Part shown: positions 17,225-26,574 of the stretch, piece after piece
Layout of the letters: each line of letters begins with the position of its first letter
How positions within the stretch are numbered: the first letter of the stretch is position 1
Position numbers and translations under genes: made by a program
Assembly (NCBI GenBank): GCA_965200315.1
Contig: OZ241362.1
Span: 5,184,001 to 5,248,000 of the forward strand
Length of the DNA stretch: 64,000 nucleotides
From: Candidatus Latescibacterota bacterium
GTDB lineage: Bacteria; Latescibacterota; UBA2968; UBA8231
Direction of reading: 5' to 3'
The notes under the pieces: model-generated
What the model saw: the letters and a program-made list of their open reading frames with translations, nothing else
What the model was told of the DNA's origin: nothing
Databases searched by the model: none

Positions 17225-19768
17225 ATGTTGAGCAACATAGTCCAATCGCTACGAGTATGGGTCCGGTGTCTATGGCATCGAAGAACCCATGCGTCCCAAA
17301 AAAAAGCAAATTCCTATCCATTTTCGGAATCTCAGGTCCCTGCGAGAGAGTCGCCGGAAGTCCCCCAAGAGTTGACTCCACCTACAAAGTGGAGACAGCG
17401 CAAACCTGACACAGATAGCTTGGAGAGCGATCACACTACGGAAGTGGCAGACTGTGCTGAAGAGGATAATCCGCAGGCAGGGCCAGGGGGCCCTTATTCA
17501 GTGGACGCCAAACCCGAAGAGGACAACCACAAGACTGTATCTGATAGTCGGAACGCTGCTGACGAAGAGCCCAATGATGACGAGTTCGCCAAGTCCGGCC
17601 AAGTTCCCATAGAAATCGAACCGGTCACGCCAAGCAGTACCGGTTCAGAAAAGACACCTTCCGATCCGCCGGAAGATGCACTTTTGGAGCTGGATTCGTC
17701 TTTGGCACAACCTGCCGAAGCTCGCGAAAACGTACCTAATAGCAATGCCGACGTCGGCGATTCATTGCAGCCCGACTTGATCGCCCTGCCTCCTGAGCCA
17801 CCGAAGAAGGCCGAACCGCCTGAAGACAACGCTCGCATTGAGAATTCAGCTTCTCTGGAGAACAAGGGGAAGAAACAAAATCGAAGTCAAAAGTCCCCAC
17901 GTAGAATAGGCGGAAGGCGAAATGGACCGACACAGTCCCCATCGCCAGTCGATGACGATGCTAAGGACGAGCCAACGTTTACACCTTGCCCGGAACTCAT
18001 CTGCCGCAAGGCTTCTGGGGCTTGGCAGTGGGAGGTCGTGTTGGCTGTGGATGCCGAATGCAACATCATGGGAGTTCGGCACGATGGCGAACCTCTGGAT
18101 ATGGTGAACGGCGAATACAGTCTTTCGGCCTTGGCTGGCAGCTTGTCTATTGACTACGAAGATCGCGAATCGGATCAGTTGCCGTTGTTCGACGACAGGC
18201 CGCTGATCTTCAAGATGCCGAACGATTGGAATGGTGCTGGTCCCAAGGTAGGCGGCATCACCAGTGGATACTTCATCGTTATGGTCCCGAGGGAGTGGAA
18301 ACGCACGGGGAGCGCACCTGTTGCGCCGGAGAAATGCACGGACGCGAACTTCATGGCGCATTTTTTCTATATGGAGAAAGGCGGTCCGGCGGGAGATGTA
18401 GGCGGGTTCGAGGATTGCGATCTCGAATTGACCAAAACCGGCTTTGAGTTGGACGGGGACCGTGTCTTTGACGATTGTGAAAACGGCGAGTTATTCGTTG
18501 GTGATCCGCCAAGGCTGTGCCCTGCCTCAGGCATTGTGTGGGCGCGGATCGGCGAAGAAAAGACGGGCGGATGGAAAGGAGAGAACTTCAAGCCGGCCGA
18601 GCAATCTCTTGCGGAGGTTTTGAATGGCCGCCAAGGGCGATTCTTTGTCCGTGTTTACGACGATGGCGCGAAGTTGCTAGACAGTGGCGAGTTTCGCTAT
18701 CTGCGCGACCTCCGGGCGATTCGCGTGAATGATGAACCGCACTCTGCGAATACACTGCTCGTCCCGTCCTCAACAGGATATTCGTCGGCAAAGGTACAAT
18801 TCGTCAGTGCTGACGGCACTGCCATCCAACCAGACCTCGACACCGCCGGAACCCATGCAACCGTGCAGTCGGAAGGCACTCTTATAGTTGCGCCGCATCC
18901 GGATGGGGATCGCATATCGTGTGTCTTGCCGGCCGGTGCGGACCGCGTCGATACCGTCATCAAACTACCGCGCATTTGGTGGCAGATGAAGCAAGATGAT
19001 GGGGAGGCCGACGAATGGCGCGACAGGCCCTTGGCGATGAGTCGGCAGGAGTTTCGCCACTTCGAGGATGCGGCGATTCGATTGCGCTTGCCGCTGCGCG
19101 TTTCATCGGTCAAGGTGGGGTTCAGCGAGGAACTGGACCGGACCTATCGCCCCCAAAAGAATGGAGATAACACGGAGGCTGAGATACGTTTGTCCGACTT
19201 TATCGACTACGATCAGATTGACCAACGGCTGAACGAGGATGCTTTGCTCAATATTCAATGCGGCACAGAGGTAATGGCACTCATCCGTGTTTCTGCCGAT
19301 TCCGTACCGACGATCACAACTTTCAGGTCGGAACCGATGGTGGTCAAAATCGGCGAGACAGCTACATTGCACTGGGCCACCCAAAATGTGGAGTTGGATG
19401 GCGTTGTTGTTGTTATTGAACCTGAAATCGGCTCGGTGGAATCGAGCGGCAGCCAAACGGTCAAACCCACTGAAACCACTACTTACACGCTGAGACTGAG
19501 AGCTCCAGGCATAGAGGACGTGGAGCAAGCCGTTACTGTGGCAGTAAAGGCACGACCGCTGACAGAGGAGGAGCTATTTGCGCGGGTCAAGTGTGCGAAG
19601 TGTGCAGGTGGGGCTTGGCGACCAGGCGCAGGCTTCAGCCGCGGCGAGCTTTATGCCGCCGGTCTAACCAATGCGGACGCGATGCGCAGGTCCATCCCCA
19701 CCGATAGACGCCGCCGGAGTACGCATTTAGCCAACATAGACACCATCAAGAGGTTTATTGATGTCTGA
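17225..19768 (+). CDS. Large hypothetical protein: acidic/Pro-rich N-terminus, beta-rich core, Ig-like domain, C-terminal ribosomal eL13-like domain
   Basis: Long clean ORF whose stop overlaps the helicase start. C-terminus WRPGAGFSRGELYAAGL...IPTDRRRRSTHLANIDTIKRF matches the recalled eL13 consensus. Confidence 0.8.
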   Translation: MLSNIVQSLRVWVRCLWHRRTHASQKKANSYPFSESQVPARESPEVPQELTPPTKWRQRKPDTDSLESDHTTEVADCAEEDNPQAGPGGPYSVDAKPEEDNHKTVSDSRNAADEEPNDDEFAKSGQVPIEIEPVTPSSTGSEKTPSDPPEDALLELDSSLAQPAEARENVPNSNADVGDSLQPDLIALPPEPPKKAEPPEDNARIENSASLENKGKKQNRSQKSPRRIGGRRNGPTQSPSPVDDDAKDEPTFTPCPELICRKASGAWQWEVVLAVDAECNIMGVRHDGEPLDMVNGEYSLSALAGSLSIDYEDRESDQLPLFDDRPLIFKMPNDWNGAGPKVGGITSGYFIVMVPREWKRTGSAPVAPEKCTDANFMAHFFYMEKGGPAGDVGGFEDCDLELTKTGFELDGDRVFDDCENGELFVGDPPRLCPASGIVWARIGEEKTGGWKGENFKPAEQSLAEVLNGRQGRFFVRVYDDGAKLLDSGEFRYLRDLRAIRVNDEPHSANTLLVPSSTGYSSAKVQFVSADGTAIQPDLDTAGTHATVQSEGTLIVAPHPDGDRISCVLPAGADRVDTVIKLPRIWWQMKQDDGEADEWRDRPLAMSRQEFRHFEDAAIRLRLPLRVSSVKVGFSEELDRTYRPQKNGDNTEAEIRLSDFIDYDQIDQRLNEDALLNIQCGTEVMALIRVSADSVPTITTFRSEPMVVKIGETATLHWATQNVELDGVVVVIEPEIGSVESSGSQTVKPTETTTYTLRLRAPGIEDVEQAVTVAVKARPLTEEELFARVKCAKCAGGAWRPGAGFSRGELYAAGLTNADAMRRSIPTDRRRRSTHLANIDTIKRFIDV

Positions 19769-22700
19769 TGCAAACGACATACGACAATGGCCTGAGAAGA
19801 TTCGCCAACGTTATGAAAATTATCTGAAGACCTCCTTCTACTTCAAAGATCCGAGCCTGCGGAAATCCTTCCAAGCCGCGCTGAAGGAGGAAGGCAGTCT
19901 ATTGAAGGGTCCGTTTCCCGAACCGGCCCGTGGCTTCAAACAGGGCCTGAACGCAAGAGCGTTGGCACAGGAGTGTTTTCCTGACCAAATCGAAGGTCTT
20001 CTCCCGGCGCTGATTGACCGGCCGTTGTACGTGCATCAAGAGTGCGCGATCCGAGCCACGTACCAAAATCAACAGAACATCGTCGTCGCCACCGGCACCG
20101 CCAGCGGCAAGACCGAGAGTTTCCTCTACCCGATTCTATTTGAGTTGTACCGTCAGCATCTAGCTGGCAAACTGCGGGAGCCGGGGGTGCGGGCGATGAT
20201 CCTGTACCCGATGAATGCACTCGCCAACGACCAGCGCGAACGCCTTGGAAACATCTGCAAGGACTTGAGCGAAGCAGCGTCGCGATTCAAACCTACGTTC
20301 GGCCAGTACATCGGGCAGACGCCCGAAGATAGTAAAGACAACAGGCGCAATGCCGCTGCACGGGACGAGGAACGCTTGCCTGGCGAATTGGTCTTCCGCA
20401 AGGAGATGCGAGACGCGCCGCCGCACATCCTGTTGACCAACTACTCCATGCTGGAATACCTGCTCATTCGTCCCGACGACAGCCCGCTGTTCGACGACGG
20501 TCGGGGTACGCGCTGGCAGTTCATCGTGCTCGACGAGGCGCACCAATACCGCGGTGCCAAGGGCATGGAGATGGGCATGCTGATCCGGCGTCTCAAGCAG
20601 CGGTTGCGCGCTGGCGGTCGCAAAGATTCGTTTCGCTGCATCGCCACCAGCGCGACCATTTCCTCCGGCGAGGGAGAGGAAGACAAGCAAGCTGTGGCGG
20701 ATTTTGCCGAAGCGCTCTTTGGCGAACGCTTCTCGGTGCCAGGGATCATTTTTGGGGAATCTGAGCAGACAAGCAAAGACGGACGCCCGCGGCGTTATCA
20801 CGCCTTCCTGCGAGCACTTGAAGGAGCATTTCTGGTTCACAGAGAGGGGGCGGATGCCGTTGTGTTGAACCGCAAAGGCGTGATGGAGGACGGCTCCACT
20901 GCGGAACCGTTGGAAGTCGCGCTGTGCCGCGAGTGCGGGCAGCACTACTACGTTGGTCGGGAGAGAGGCGGAAAGCTGCAAGAGGCAGTCCGCGACCCCA
21001 GCCAGTCGGATTTTGGCGTGGACTACTATCTGCCATTGGAGGGAGCAACGCACGTTTTGTGTAGGCGCTGTGGTGCGCTCTCCCCATCCGGTCTCACATG
21101 CGGTTGCGGAGCGGCAATTCGCGTCAAGAAATGCAAATCTCACGAGGAGCATCCCGACCAACTCAAGCAATGCGAGACCTGCGGCTATCAACGCGGCGGC
21201 ATCGGCGATCCCGTGCAGGAGATCATTCACGGTTCTGACGGTCCTAATGCGGTCATCGCGACGGCTTTGCACGAGTTGCTGCCGGAAAACGGGCGCAAGG
21301 TGCTGGCTTTTGCCGACAGTCGGCAGGAAGCGGCGTTCTTCGCGTGGTACGCGGAGGACTCTTACGAGAAGGTTCGCGACCGCAATCTGATGTTACGTGC
21401 GCTGAGAGAGGGGCCGGTTGATCGGGAAGCCCTGTCCATTGACGACATCAAGAACCGGTTGCTCAAACAATGGGATTGGGCTGGCCTGTTTAAAGGATCA
21501 GATACTACGGAGAGCAAAAACCGCAGGGTGCTAGTAGCGATCTTTCGCGAAGCACTGACGGATGAGAGAAGGCTGTCTCTGGCTGGTGTCGGTTTGGTCA
21601 AGTGGTACGTCAAGATTCCTGATAACTTGACATTACCCCGAGCAATGAGAAATCCGCCGTGGAATCTCACGGACGAGGAAGCGTCCGGTCTGATAGGGTA
21701 CCTTTTGGACGAGATGCGCCTGCACCGCGCCATGGCTTTGTCGGAAAGCTCCGAAGCTCCGGCATGGAGCGATGTTTCGCCGTGGCCCCAACAAGCCTAC
21801 GGTTTGGGGCGACCCGGCAAACGGCGGCATGTCTCCGAGTGGGGCGGCTCCCAATCCGCAATCGTGAAGCACTTCCTTCACAGGTTGCTTGCAGGCAGTG
21901 GGCTGCCCGACGATAAGAAGCAGGTGAAATCAGAGGAGCTCATGAAGGATATATGGTGCGCACTGCGCGGCCATGCTGACGAGCCCATTCTTTGCCGAGA
22001 AAAGACGAACGGGACGTTTCGTCTCAACCCGCGCTGGTTGCGTATTAAGTTTGCCGCTCCCGATGAGATTTGGGAATGCAGTACCTGCGCTACGCTGACC
22101 CCTCACAACATTCGCCAAGTCTGTCCTAGAAATAAATGCCCCGGCTTCTTGATTCCGGCCGATCACACACGCCTTGAGGAAAATCATTATCGAATTCTTT
22201 ACGAAAGCACTGACTTGCCGCCCGTCCTGCGCTCGGAGGAGCACACCGCGCAGATCGAGAGCGACGAAGCGCGTCGGAGACAGGATTGTTTCAAGAACGG
22301 AAAGACGCACCTCCTCAGTTCCTCGACTACATTTGAAGTCGGAGTTGATCTAGGCGATCTAGAGGCTGTGTTCCTCCGCAATGTGCCGCCGGAGCCATTC
22401 AACTATACTCAGCGCGTCGGGAGGGCGGGACGCCGAGAGACACCGGGGCTCGCTCTGACCTACTGTCGTCGCAATCCGCATGATCTCTACCACTACGAAG
22501 ATCCCAAGAATCGCGTAATCGAAGGCAAGGTGCGGCCGCCGCGATTGCAGATGAAGAATGCGAAAATCATCGTCCGGCACATGGTCGCCACTGCCTTGTC
22601 TGCGTTTTTCAAGACTGTAGAGAATAGGGAACGTTTTAGGAACGTAGAAGCATTCATCGGAAATTGGTCGAATCCGTGCGCTGTATCCGACCTAAAGCAA

Positions 22701-23993
22701 TTCTGCGAGGATAACGATGTGTTGAGGGACTCTCTGAGCCGGATCGTGCCGCAGGATATGCGCGAAGAGACTGGCCTTGCCAGCGATGATTGGATTGACC
22801 AGATAGCTGGGCCGCAAAGCCGATTCGCCGATGTAGAAGCGGAAGTGTGCGCGGATTATCGCGAAATGGAGAAGTTCCGGCTGAAACTGTTCAATCAGCA
22901 TAAAGGAACAAACAGAGTCGAAGCTCGCATGAAAACCATTGCCGGCGAGCAGACTTTGAACTTCCTGTCGCGCAAGGCAGTCATTCCCAAATACGGCTTT
23001 CCCGTGGATGTCGTCGAGCTTGATACTCGTCCCCAGGTCGGCAACCCAACGGGTATATCACTTCAGCGTGATTTATCCCAAGCCATCGCCGAGTACGCGC
23101 CTGGCGGCAAGGTGGTGGCAAACAAACTGGAATGGGAATCTTGCGGGATCAAGAAGATTCCCGGGAAGGAATGGTCGATCCGTCATTACGAATACGATGA
23201 TGCTGATGCGCGTAACTTCAAGCAATGGAATGAAGGTGCCTTGCCCGAGCCCGAGCCCCACAATAGTAGAAAATACCTTATCCCGGAGTTCGGTTTCGTA
23301 ACGCCGCTGTTCACGAAACCCAAGGAACCGCGTGGACGAGTACAGCGCCTATATACGACTCGGCCGTTTTTCCAAGGCTTCGAAAAAAATGACCAACCCG
23401 ACCCCAAGAACATCCTCGGCGTACAAGTTACCAAGGCTCGGCCCGGAACTTTGGTCATCCTGTGCGAAGGCTGGAACAGAGGGGGGTTCTATATCTGCCT
23501 CTCTTGTGGCACTCACAAGACGAAATCAAAAGGGATTCACAAATCCCCTTCGGATTCCGAATGCTCCGGTCCCTTAGCCCAGTTCTCGCTTGGCCACGAA
23601 CTGGTCACGGACGTCGTGCGCTTGCAATTTCCTCAGCTAACAGGCGAGTGGGAAGCCTATTCGGTCGCCTACGCGGTCCTGCTCGGCGCAGCCGAGACCT
23701 TGGACGTACCGGATGCGGATCTAAATGTGACGATTACCGGCAGCACTGGGGAATCCGCAATAGTGCTCTACGACAACGTGCCGGGCGGCGCGGCACTGGT
23801 CGCACAACTGGAACAGGAGAGCGTCTTCAAGGAGATGCTCCGCAACGCACGGCAACGGGTTCAGGGCAATTGCGGCTGCGATTCGAGCTGCTACGGCTGC
23901 TTGCGGAGCTATCGAAATCAATTCGCCCATCCGCGCTTGGATCGGAAGAAGGCACTGGAGGCACTGGCGATCTTGGACACCCGCGTTGGGTGA
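19761..23993 (+). CDS. YprA/DruE-like DEAH-box SF2 helicase with C-terminal DUF1998 (MZB) domain
   Basis: GTASGKT, YPMNALANDQ, TNYSMLE, DEAH, SAT, TTFEVGVD, QRVGRAGR, several CxxC pairs. C-terminal YDNVPGG...CGCDSSCYGCL. Confidence 0.92.
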   Translation: MSDANDIRQWPEKIRQRYENYLKTSFYFKDPSLRKSFQAALKEEGSLLKGPFPEPARGFKQGLNARALAQECFPDQIEGLLPALIDRPLYVHQECAIRATYQNQQNIVVATGTASGKTESFLYPILFELYRQHLAGKLREPGVRAMILYPMNALANDQRERLGNICKDLSEAASRFKPTFGQYIGQTPEDSKDNRRNAAARDEERLPGELVFRKEMRDAPPHILLTNYSMLEYLLIRPDDSPLFDDGRGTRWQFIVLDEAHQYRGAKGMEMGMLIRRLKQRLRAGGRKDSFRCIATSATISSGEGEEDKQAVADFAEALFGERFSVPGIIFGESEQTSKDGRPRRYHAFLRALEGAFLVHREGADAVVLNRKGVMEDGSTAEPLEVALCRECGQHYYVGRERGGKLQEAVRDPSQSDFGVDYYLPLEGATHVLCRRCGALSPSGLTCGCGAAIRVKKCKSHEEHPDQLKQCETCGYQRGGIGDPVQEIIHGSDGPNAVIATALHELLPENGRKVLAFADSRQEAAFFAWYAEDSYEKVRDRNLMLRALREGPVDREALSIDDIKNRLLKQWDWAGLFKGSDTTESKNRRVLVAIFREALTDERRLSLAGVGLVKWYVKIPDNLTLPRAMRNPPWNLTDEEASGLIGYLLDEMRLHRAMALSESSEAPAWSDVSPWPQQAYGLGRPGKRRHVSEWGGSQSAIVKHFLHRLLAGSGLPDDKKQVKSEELMKDIWCALRGHADEPILCREKTNGTFRLNPRWLRIKFAAPDEIWECSTCATLTPHNIRQVCPRNKCPGFLIPADHTRLEENHYRILYESTDLPPVLRSEEHTAQIESDEARRRQDCFKNGKTHLLSSSTTFEVGVDLGDLEAVFLRNVPPEPFNYTQRVGRAGRRETPGLALTYCRRNPHDLYHYEDPKNRVIEGKVRPPRLQMKNAKIIVRHMVATALSAFFKTVENRERFRNVEAFIGNWSNPCAVSDLKQFCEDNDVLRDSLSRIVPQDMREETGLASDDWIDQIAGPQSRFADVEAEVCADYREMEKFRLKLFNQHKGTNRVEARMKTIAGEQTLNFLSRKAVIPKYGFPVDVVELDTRPQVGNPTGISLQRDLSQAIAEYAPGGKVVANKLEWESCGIKKIPGKEWSIRHYEYDDADARNFKQWNEGALPEPEPHNSRKYLIPEFGFVTPLFTKPKEPRGRVQRLYTTRPFFQGFEKNDQPDPKNILGVQVTKARPGTLVILCEGWNRGGFYICLSCGTHKTKSKGIHKSPSDSECSGPLAQFSLGHELVTDVVRLQFPQLTGEWEAYSVAYAVLLGAAETLDVPDADLNVTITGSTGESAIVLYDNVPGGAALVAQLEQESVFKEMLRNARQRVQGNCGCDSSCYGCLRSYRNQFAHPRLDRKKALEALAILDTRVG

Positions 23994-24024
23994 CCGCCTC
24001 TGGCCAGCTAGTGAGGTACAAAAG

Positions 24025-24888
24025 ATGATGCCCCCGCGTTTCTTCAATGAACACAAAAGGAGGGATCCACTGAAGTCTTTAGATCAGCCTACCGGAGCCG
24101 CTTGGCGGCCCGTTAGGCCAGACGAGTGCGCCGACCCGCTTGGCGCCTTGGCCCGGGCGGAGATACCGGCGATTCTGCTGCCCCAAGTTTGCACGCCAGC
24201 CGATTGCCAGCGGCTGATGGAGCGCTTTGGCGAGCGCGGGTTGCTGCGCACCCCGGGCGACCAGCGCTCGCGCATCGACATTGGCACCAGCCTCGGCAAC
24301 ATGGGCGGCGACCAAGAGGCATTCCTCGCTCATGCCGAGGAGACGGCCGCGCTTTTTGCCACCCTCTTCGCGGGTCTGCTCGACCCGGTGCAGCTGCTCT
24401 ATCGGCACTTGCAGGCGCTGGCGCCCAACAAGGCGGTTAAGACAGCGCGCGAGCGCGACGGGCGCTTGTACGGCCCGGCCATCTTTCGCATCCACTACGA
24501 GACCCATTCCTATAGTCCGCACATCGACCACGTAGTTCTGCGCGAAAAGCGATTCAACTACGAGGTAGCGCGCTTTACCCACCAATTTGCCGGTGTGCTG
24601 TGCGTGCAGAACGCGGATTCTGCGGGCCCTGGGGTGCAGGCGGTGTTGCACCGTTGTCTGTGGACCGAGGAGATACAGCCGCATATCGCCGAAGGCCGTT
24701 TTCACGAGTATGCGGCCGCGCATGGCGTGGAGCACTGCGAGGTCGCGCTCGCGCCGGGCGATTTGTATTTCTTCAATACGCGCTGCATCCACGAGGTCCC
24801 AGCGGTGCAGGGGCGCGATCCGCGGGTGGTGCTCGCCGTCTTCATTGGCTATGCCGACGACGACGACGAAATCTACGTGTGGTCTTAA
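24025..24888 (+). CDS. Fe(II)/2OG-dependent oxygenase (start uncertain, possibly CTG 24070)
   Basis: HID...PGDLYFFN...HEV...R facial-triad pattern. Confidence 0.7.
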   Translation: MMPPRFFNEHKRRDPLKSLDQPTGAAWRPVRPDECADPLGALARAEIPAILLPQVCTPADCQRLMERFGERGLLRTPGDQRSRIDIGTSLGNMGGDQEAFLAHAEETAALFATLFAGLLDPVQLLYRHLQALAPNKAVKTARERDGRLYGPAIFRIHYETHSYSPHIDHVVLREKRFNYEVARFTHQFAGVLCVQNADSAGPGVQAVLHRCLWTEEIQPHIAEGRFHEYAAAHGVEHCEVALAPGDLYFFNTRCIHEVPAVQGRDPRVVLAVFIGYADDDDEIYVWS

Positions 24889-24891
24889 CTC

Positions 24892-25986
24892 ATGCTGCCG
24901 TTCACGCGCATCGTCCGCGCCCTGCCGCCGACCATTCCCTTTGTGCCGCCCGAGGTGCTGGAGAGGGAGCAGGGACAGCCGCTCGCCCTGCGGGTTGGAG
25001 CTAACGAGAGCAATTTCGGGATCTCGCCGAAGGCGCGGCAGGCCATGGTGGAGGCGGTGGATCAAGTGCATTGGTACAACGACCCGGAGGGATACGAGCT
25101 GCGCTCGGCGCTGGCAGCGCGGCACGGGGTAGCGCGGGAAGAGGTCGTCTTGGGCGCGGGCATTGACGAAATTTTGGGACTGCTAGTGCGCCTGTTTGCC
25201 GAGCCGGGCGACTCAGTGGTGACGTCGCTAGGGGCCTATCCCACATTCAACTACCATGTCGAGGGGCACGGGGCGGTATTGCACAAGGTGCCCTATCGAG
25301 CGGATCGGGAGGATTTGCCGGCCCTGTTGGCCAAGGCGCGGCAAGTGCGCCCCAAGCTGCTTTATGTGGCCAACCCGGACAACCCCATGGGCACCTATCA
25401 GCGAGCCGACGAGTTGCGGGATTGTATCGCGGAGTTGCCGCCGGATTGTGTGTTCTTGCTCGACGAGGCGTATATCGACTTCGCCCCGGCGGATGCGCTG
25501 TTGCCGCTAGAAGTAGAACGGGCCCAGGTGGTGCGGTTGCGGACGTTTTCCAAGGCGCACGGCATGGCCGGGGCTAGGGTCGGCTACGCGCTGGCGCACC
25601 GCGATTTGGTGGCCGCGCTCAACAAGGTTCGCAATCACTTTGGAGTCAACCGCGTCGCCCAAGCCGGGGCACTTGCTTCGCTGAGCGACGACGAGTTTGT
25701 GCGCTCGGTGGTGCGGCAAGTGGAGGAAGGTCGGCGGGAATATGTGCAGCTAGCCACGGAATTGGGGCTGAAAACGGTGCCTTCGGCGACGAATTTCGTG
25801 GCACTCGACGTGGGCTGTGGCGAGTGTGCGCGCTGCCTGATGCAGGTGCTTTTGCAGCACGGGGTCTTCGTGCGGATGCCGGGCGTGGCTCCGCTCGACC
25901 GCTGCATCCGGCTGACCGTGGGGCCAAAAGCCGAGCGGCAAGCCTTTGCGAAGGTCTTGCGCGAGGTGTTGCCGCAGATTAGATGA
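24892..25986 (+). CDS. PLP-dependent aminotransferase, histidinol-phosphate aminotransferase-like
   Basis: NPDNPMG, DEAY, RTFSKAHGMAGARVGY, TNF. Confidence 0.88.
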   Translation: MLPFTRIVRALPPTIPFVPPEVLEREQGQPLALRVGANESNFGISPKARQAMVEAVDQVHWYNDPEGYELRSALAARHGVAREEVVLGAGIDEILGLLVRLFAEPGDSVVTSLGAYPTFNYHVEGHGAVLHKVPYRADREDLPALLAKARQVRPKLLYVANPDNPMGTYQRADELRDCIAELPPDCVFLLDEAYIDFAPADALLPLEVERAQVVRLRTFSKAHGMAGARVGYALAHRDLVAALNKVRNHFGVNRVAQAGALASLSDDEFVRSVVRQVEEGRREYVQLATELGLKTVPSATNFVALDVGCGECARCLMQVLLQHGVFVRMPGVAPLDRCIRLTVGPKAERQAFAKVLREVLPQIR

Positions 25987-26116
25987 ATGGAAGGGAGTTA
26001 TTACTTGACTCCGAATGCCCCTCGACAAGAACGGGCGCCACGTTCCAAATAACTCAACAGCTTCTCTAAAGGGAGTAGAGGCGGCATTTGAAACGAAATC
26101 TGAGGGAGCCTACACC

Positions 26117-26317
26117 ATGCTACCTGTCAAAGAGCAGGATATCATCGACGAAAATGATCAGCGCGTCAGCGTGGTGCTCGAAATAGGTGCCTACCAAAAG
26201 CTGCTGGAAGAGCTAGAGGAGCTAGAGTCGATTCGGGCCTACGACCAAGCTAAGTCAAGAGACGATGAGGCGATTCCTTTTGAGCAAGCGGTTGAAGAAA
26301 TCGAAAGTGAGTGCTGA
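26117..26317 (+). CDS. Antitoxin (RelB/ParD-like)
   Basis: Small acidic protein (LLEELEELESIRAYD...IPFEQ) with GAGGGAG RBS, upstream of a RelE remnant. Confidence 0.7.
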   Translation: MLPVKEQDIIDENDQRVSVVLEIGAYQKLLEELEELESIRAYDQAKSRDDEAIPFEQAVEEIESEC

Positions 26318-26545
26318 AATGGTACGGCCTTAGAATCCGGCGGCAAGCGCAGAGAGAATTGGCCCAATCGCCGTCTGGAATCCATGAGAAGGTGCCAACC
26401 CCGGTCAGCAGGATGCCGCAAACTGAAGGGGCGTGCAGGCTGGCGCATCCGGGCAGGGGATTACCGAGTGATTTATGAAATTGACGATCAGCAGAGTACG
26501 GTGACGGTTTTACACATTGGATATCGGCGGGATGTTTACCGCTGA
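26311..26545 (+). pseudogene. relE: RelE/ParE toxin with internal deletion and frameshift
   Basis: [15 protein letters not shown] in one frame. [31 protein letters not shown]...[10 protein letters not shown] in another frame. Confidence 0.75.
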
Positions 26546-26574
26546 ATGAGAGACTGTCTGTTTGGATAAAACCC

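Noticed and set aside
19574-19768. Stand-alone ribosomal protein gene or archaeal contamination
   Set aside because: The eL13-like segment is in frame with the large upstream ORF, has no evident start or RBS of its own, and sits among clearly bacterial genes.
17225-23993. Canonical DISARM or Dpd system
   Set aside because: No adjacent drmABC/MTase or dpd genes. Helicase and DUF1998 are in one chain with a single partner.
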